Of a stretch of DNA of 62,065 nt, positions 57,304 to 62,065 are shown one piece after another; the first letter of the stretch is position 1; each line of letters starts with the position of its first letter. The DNA is taken from positions 1-62,065 of the forward strand of contig JBKBXX010000004.1 in NCBI GenBank assembly GCA_046313915.1, written 5' to 3'. The notes under the pieces were generated by a model. It was given only the letters and a program-made list of their open reading frames with translations. It had not been told where the DNA came from and made no database searches. The stretch comes from Burkholderiales bacterium (lineage in GTDB: Bacteria > Pseudomonadota > Gammaproteobacteria > Burkholderiales > SG8-41). The position numbers and the translations under genes are program-made.

Positions 57304-58569
57304 ATGAGAGTCGTCATTCTGGGCGCGGGCGTCATCGGCGTTGCCAGCGCGTGGTACCTGCGCGAGGCGGGCCACGAGGTCACGGTAGTGGACCGGCAGC
57401 CTGGCCCGGGGCTCGAAACCAGTTTTGCCAACGGCGGGCAGATTTCGGTCACCCATGCCGAGCCGTGGGCCAATCCGGCAGCACCACTGCAGATTCTCGA
57501 GTGGCTCGGCAGGCCGGATGCGCCGCTGCTGTTCCGGCCGCGCGCCGATCTCGACCAGTGGCTGTGGGGTGCGCGCTTTCTGTTCGAGTGTCTGCCACAG
57601 CGCGCGCGCCGCAACGCGCGTTGCATCCTGGCGCTGGCGCTCCATAGTGTGGAAGCATTACGCGCGCTGCGCGAGGAAACCGCCATCGCCTACGCCGCGG
57701 GGGCCCGCGCCATCCTTTGTTATTCCACCGCGGGGCGCGACTTCGCGCGCCCCGCAGCGCTGGTGGAACCGATGCGGGCCTGGGGCTGCATGCGCGAAAT
57801 CAAGACGGTCGCGGAATGCGTCGCGCTGGAGCCGGCGTTGCGCGCGGCGGCACCGCGGTTGGTGGGAGGCATTTACGCGCCGGGTGACGAATCGGGTGAT
57901 GCGCATCTCTTCACCCAGCGTCTGGCAGCACTGTGCCAGACGCGCGGCGTCGTTTTTCTGTATACGCATGCGGTGCGGCGGCTTGGCGTTGCCGGCGGAC
58001 GTGTTTCGGGAGTCGAAGTCGCGGTGCCGTCCGGTGCGGTGGCGACGCTGGAGGCCGACGCCTATGTCGTGGCGCTCGGCAGCCACAGTGCGCCACTCGT
58101 GCGCGGCATCGGCATTGCCATTCCGGTCTATCCGGTCAAGGGCTATTCGGTGACGCTGCCGGTAGACTCGCAGCACGATGCGCCCACGGTGAGCCTGACC
58201 GACGAAGCACACAGACTCGTATTCTCGCGCCTGGGCAACCGCCTGCGTATCGCAGGCACCGCCGAACTGGCCGGTTACGACACCGCCATCGACCGCGCCC
58301 GCTGCGAAGCGATCCTGCGCCGCGTTTTCGAAATGTTTCCCGCTGCGGGGGACCGGGATCGTGCCGGGTTCTGGGCGGGACTGCGGCCCGCGACGCCGGG
58401 CAATGTGCCGCTGATCGGCGGCACGCGTTATCCGAACCTGTTTCTCAATACCGGTCACGGCACGCTGGGCTGGACGCTGGCGTGCGGTTCGGGCAAATCC
58501 CTTGCCGCCATCATCGGCGGCAAGGCGCCCGAAACGGATTTCCCGTTTCTGGCAAGGGCGCAGCCATGA
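57304..58569 (+). CDS. dadA: D-amino acid dehydrogenase
   Basis: GAGVIG, ETSFANGGQ, YPVKGYS, NTGHGTLGWT. Confidence 0.9.
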   Translation: MRVVILGAGVIGVASAWYLREAGHEVTVVDRQPGPGLETSFANGGQISVTHAEPWANPAAPLQILEWLGRPDAPLLFRPRADLDQWLWGARFLFECLPQRARRNARCILALALHSVEALRALREETAIAYAAGARAILCYSTAGRDFARPAALVEPMRAWGCMREIKTVAECVALEPALRAAAPRLVGGIYAPGDESGDAHLFTQRLAALCQTRGVVFLYTHAVRRLGVAGGRVSGVEVAVPSGAVATLEADAYVVALGSHSAPLVRGIGIAIPVYPVKGYSVTLPVDSQHDAPTVSLTDEAHRLVFSRLGNRLRIAGTAELAGYDTAIDRARCEAILRRVFEMFPAAGDRDRAGFWAGLRPATPGNVPLIGGTRYPNLFLNTGHGTLGWTLACGSGKSLAAIIGGKAPETDFPFLARAQP

Positions 58570-58612
58570 GCGGCAACGCGGCAGCAGGCGGATTGCCCGC
58601 TGCCGCGCAGGC

Positions 58613-59428
58613 TCAGCTCCGGACTGGCGGCTTCGATTTCAGTGCCGGCGTCAGATGCGGCGCGATCAGCTTCAGCATCTCGACGAAAACCTTGGGCGTG
58701 CCGGCGACGACGTTGCCGCTTTGCATGTAGGTTTCGTTGCCTTCGAGATCGCCGATCAGCCCGCCGGCTTCGGTGATGAGCAGGCTGCCCGCCGCGATAT
58801 CCCACGGTGACAGGCCCAGCTCCCAGAAACCGTCGAGGCGCCCCGCCGCGACATAGGCGAGGTCGAGCGCGGCCGCGCCGGGGCGGCGCACGCCAGCGGT
58901 ATTTTTGACCATGTCGCGGAACATCGCGAGATAGCTGTCGAGGTGCTCGAGCTGGCGGAAAGGGAAGCCGGTGCCGATCAGGCTGGTCTTGAGATGCAGC
59001 CGCTTGCTGACGCGGATGCGGGTTTCGTTGAGAAACGCGCCGCGGCCGCGGCTGGCGGTGAAAAGGTCGTTGCGCGCGGGATCGTAGATCACGGCTTGGG
59101 TGACCTGGCCCTTGTGCGCGAGCGCGATCGACACCGCGTATTGCGGAAAACCGTGCAGGAAATTGGTGGTGCCGTCGAGCGGGTCGATGATCCACTGGTA
59201 TTCGGAATTGCCGGAAGCACCGCTTTCCTCTGCTAGAATCGAATGATCGGGATAGGCGTCGAGTAGTGTCCTGATGATCGCCTGCTCGGCTTCGTGGTCG
59301 ACCTCCGAAACATAGTCGTTGACCGCTTTTTCCCTCACGGAAACGATGTCCAGGTTGCGGGTGGCGCGATTGATGATGTTGCCGGCGCGGCGGGCGGCCT
59401 TCACCGCGATGGTGAGCATGGGGTGCAT
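58613..59428 (-). CDS. suhB: inositol monophosphatase / Nus factor SuhB
   Basis: [18 protein letters not shown]. Confidence 0.95.
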   Translation of the reverse strand: MHPMLTIAVKAARRAGNIINRATRNLDIVSVREKAVNDYVSEVDHEAEQAIIRTLLDAYPDHSILAEESGASGNSEYQWIIDPLDGTTNFLHGFPQYAVSIALAHKGQVTQAVIYDPARNDLFTASRGRGAFLNETRIRVSKRLHLKTSLIGTGFPFRQLEHLDSYLAMFRDMVKNTAGVRRPGAAALDLAYVAAGRLDGFWELGLSPWDIAAGSLLITEAGGLIGDLEGNETYMQSGNVVAGTPKVFVEMLKLIAPHLTPALKSKPPVRS

Positions 59429-59534
59429 GGTCAGGGGCGAAGGGCGAAGAGTGAAAAATGGAGAACAGGCCCGGTGCTTCCGTTTCGCCGCCGGGTTTTC
59501 GTGTGCGTGGCGGTTTGCATAGGCCATATTGTAA

Positions 59535-60272
59535 GTGATTGAGATCGACCCGCTCAAAAATATCCGCATCGTGCTGTGCGAAACCGGGCATCCCGGCAAT
59601 ATCGGCGCGGCGGCGCGTGCGCTGAAAACCATGGGCCTGTCGCAGCTGTTGCTGGTCAATCCGCAGCGTTTTCCCGATCCCGAGGCGCAGTGGCGCGCAT
59701 CGCGCGCGACCGACGTGCTGACGGGCGCCCGCGTGTGCGCGAGCCTCGACGAAGCGCTCTCCGGCGTGGCGCTGGCGGTGGCGTGCTCGGCGCGCAGCCG
59801 CGAGATCGCGGTACCGGAGGTGACGGCGCGCGCAGCCGCGACGCAACTGGTCGCAGTCGCCCATGCCCAGCCCGTGGCGCTGGTGTTCGGCAACGAGACC
59901 TATGGCCTCACCACGGAGGAAGCGAACAAATGCCGGATGATCGCCACCATACCGGCCAATCCCGAATATTCCTCGCTCAACCTCGCGGCGGCGGTGCAGG
60001 TGTTTGCCTACGAATTGCGCATGGCGGCAGGCGCGGCGATGCCGCGCGGCAAGCCGCGAACCATGGCGAGCCACGAGGAGATCGAAGGTTTTTATGCGCA
60101 TCTCGAGCAGACCATGGTCGAGGCCGGTTTTTTTGATCCCGGGCATCCGAAGAAGCTGATGCCGCGGTTGCGCCGGCTGTTTGCGCGCGCGCAGCTGGAA
60201 AAAGAAGAAGTCAACATCCTGCGCGGCATACTCAAGGCGCTGAGCCAGCCGAAAAAGCGCAATAAGCCGTGA
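59535..60272 (+). CDS. trmJ: tRNA C32/U32 2'-O-methyltransferase
   Basis: [27 protein letters not shown]. Confidence 0.92.
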   Translation: MIEIDPLKNIRIVLCETGHPGNIGAAARALKTMGLSQLLLVNPQRFPDPEAQWRASRATDVLTGARVCASLDEALSGVALAVACSARSREIAVPEVTARAAATQLVAVAHAQPVALVFGNETYGLTTEEANKCRMIATIPANPEYSSLNLAAAVQVFAYELRMAAGAAMPRGKPRTMASHEEIEGFYAHLEQTMVEAGFFDPGHPKKLMPRLRRLFARAQLEKEEVNILRGILKALSQPKKRNKP

Positions 60273-60332
60273 GCGGCGAAAGTTATTTATAACTCATTGT
60301 ATTTTAAGTGTTATTTTCTATCACCAGCGCCA

Positions 60333-60357
60333 ATAGTTGATAGAAATAGTGGGGTAT
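60333..60357 (+). promoter_or_regulatory. IscR type-1 site upstream of cysE
   Basis: ATAGTTGATAGAAATAGTGGGGTAT resembles the sites at 61108-61160. Confidence 0.7.
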
Positions 60358-60393
60358 TGTAGACTTTTCCGTGTCTTATCTATCTGGAATGCG

Positions 60394-61119
60394 ATGTTTG
60401 ACCGGCTCAAAGAAGAGATCGCCGTCGTGTTCGAACGCGATCCCGCGGCGCGCAATGCCTGGGAAGTCATTACCTGCTACCCCGGTTTTCATGCACTGCT
60501 GTTTCATCGTCTCGCGCACTGGCTGTGGGGAGCAGGCTTCAAGTGGTTCGCACGCCTGACTTCGCATCTCGGGCGCTGGTTGACCGGGATCGAAATCCAT
60601 CCGGGCGCAATCATCGGCCGGCGGTTTTTCATCGACCATGGCATGGGAGTGGTGATCGGCGAGACTGCGGAGATCGGCGACGACTGCACGCTCTATCACG
60701 GCGTCACGCTCGGCGGCACCTCGTGGAACAAGGGCAAGCGCCATCCGACGCTCGGCAAAGGCGTGGTGGTCGGCGCCGGAGCGAAGATACTCGGTCCCAT
60801 CGAGATCGGCGACGGCGCCAAGATCGGTTCCAATGCCGTGGTGGTGAAAGCCGTGCCGCCCGGTGCGACCGCGATTGGTGTTCCCGCGCGCATCGTCGAA
60901 GAACGCAGCACTACGGCCGGACGCTTCGCCCCCTATGCGCTGGCGAAGGATACGAACGACCCGATGGTCAAGGCGATACACGAGCTCATCGCTCACAGCG
61001 TCGACACCGACAAACGCATCGATCGGATACTCGCCGACCTCAAACGCCTCGGCGTGCAACTCGAAGAGCGCCAGGCGGCGAAGCTCGATGCGGGTCAGCT
61101 GAACAAAATGGTTGACTGA
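60394..61119 (+). CDS. cysE: serine O-acetyltransferase
   Basis: RDPAA, EIHPGA, DHGMG, RHPT hexapeptide repeats. Confidence 0.95.
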   Translation: MFDRLKEEIAVVFERDPAARNAWEVITCYPGFHALLFHRLAHWLWGAGFKWFARLTSHLGRWLTGIEIHPGAIIGRRFFIDHGMGVVIGETAEIGDDCTLYHGVTLGGTSWNKGKRHPTLGKGVVVGAGAKILGPIEIGDGAKIGSNAVVVKAVPPGATAIGVPARIVEERSTTAGRFAPYALAKDTNDPMVKAIHELIAHSVDTDKRIDRILADLKRLGVQLEERQAAKLDAGQLNKMVD

Positions 61120-61160
61120 ATTTGTCGGGTAAGATATAGTTTACGGAAATAGTCGGGTAG
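61108..61160 (+). promoter_or_regulatory. tandem IscR type-1 sites
   Basis: ATGGTTGACTGAATTTGTCGGGTAA and ATAGTTTACGGAAATAGTCGGGTAG upstream of iscR. Confidence 0.8.
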
Positions 61161-61212
61161 CGGGTTTCGCTATATATAATTGATTAATTTGAGTATTTTA
61201 TAGAGGTGCCCC

Positions 61213-61689
61213 ATGAGACTGACGACTAAAGGGCGATTTGCCGTTACCGCGATGGTCGATCTGGCGATGCATCACGGCAGCGGTCCGGTGACGCTCGCGG
61301 AAATCAGCGCCCGGCAGAAAATTTCACTGTCCTATCTCGAGCAGTTGTTCGGCAAGCTGCGGCGCCACGCGCTGGTCGGCAGCGTGCGCGGTCCGGGAGG
61401 CGGTTACTGTCTGGCCAAGGACATCGCCAACGTATCGGTCGCGGACATCATCCTCGCCGTCGACGAACCGATCGATGCGACGCAATGCGGCGGCAAGGAG
61501 AATTGCCGCGATGACCAGAAGTGCATCACGCATGACCTGTGGGCGACGCTCAACGAGCGCATTTTCGATTATCTGGAATCGGTGAGCCTGCGCCAGCTGG
61601 TCGATAACCAGAAGGCCAAGGAAGCGGGTGTCGCGCAGGTGCACGACATGCGTAGCATCGCGAGCAGACGCGAAACGGTTTCGGTATAG
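61213..61689 (+). CDS. iscR: Fe-S cluster assembly regulator IscR
   Basis: MRLTTKGRFAVTAM, three Cys plus His ligands. Confidence 0.96.
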   Translation: MRLTTKGRFAVTAMVDLAMHHGSGPVTLAEISARQKISLSYLEQLFGKLRRHALVGSVRGPGGGYCLAKDIANVSVADIILAVDEPIDATQCGGKENCRDDQKCITHDLWATLNERIFDYLESVSLRQLVDNQKAKEAGVAQVHDMRSIASRRETVSV

Positions 61690-61787
61690 CGCGGTGGGGA
61701 CGATGAGTAATGCGCCGTGGTCGCAAGCCGTTTCGCCCAGCCGGAAACGAGCCCTGTCGCCCTGAGCCATCTGCAGAGCGGATTTCG

Positions 61788-62065
61788 ATGATGAGCCACG
61801 TCTATTTCGACCACAACGCGAGCACGCCTCCCGACGAACGGGTGGTCGCGGCGATGCTGCCCTATTTACGCGGCGAATACGGCAATGCTTCGAGCCGTCA
61901 CGAGTTCGGCACCGTCGCGCGCAAGGCGCTCGAGCGCGCACGCGAGCAAGTTGCCGCGCTCGTCGGCGTGCAGCCGGCGCAGGTGATTTTCACCAGCGGC
62001 GGCACGGAAGCCAACAACCTTTTCATCAAAGGGGCGGCTTCCTGCCTCAGGCCGTCGCAGGTCGC
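61788..62065 (+). CDS. iscS: cysteine desulfurase (5' part, runs off window)
   Basis: YFDHNAST, GNASS.H, FTSGGTEANN. Confidence 0.88.
   Translation, partial: MMSHVYFDHNASTPPDERVVAAMLPYLRGEYGNASSRHEFGTVARKALERAREQVAALVGVQPAQVIFTSGGTEANNLFIKGAASCLRPSQV

Overview
This is GC-rich betaproteobacterial DNA in two parts. (1) ~1-39,560 is a large accessory copper/heavy-metal homeostasis region. It carries a P1B Cu-ATPase, CusCBA-type RND efflux plus a PII-like protein, a CusRS-type two-component system with its box, CzcE, and a TolC/multicopper oxidase/cupredoxin/CusF operon. It also has CcdA/DsbE/DUF1573 thiol-redox genes, an orphan Rieske protein, a Cys-motif HD-GYP protein, an atypical Lgt, an L,D-transpeptidase, an AMP/thymidine-phosphorylase + Prs-like pair, and decay scars (IS3 remnant, pseudogenes). 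(2) ~39,600-62,065 is ordinary chromosome: a sauST-like pair with a TTT transporter, hss, dapA-bamC, roxA, bcp, slyD, mutS, dadA, suhB, trmJ-cysE-iscR-iscS. The most striking unexplained structure is a repeated regulatory unit at the head of three metal operons: an FNR-type box, then a ~130-aa exported Cys-containing ORF ending in PPxxI[LR][FY]xx[FL]xx-stop, then an anti-SD-like pyrimidine tract. A fourth leader ends in RPP. Together these suggest O2-gated, ribosome-stalling metal-sensing leaders (inference). All calls come from reading the sequence; no searches were run.
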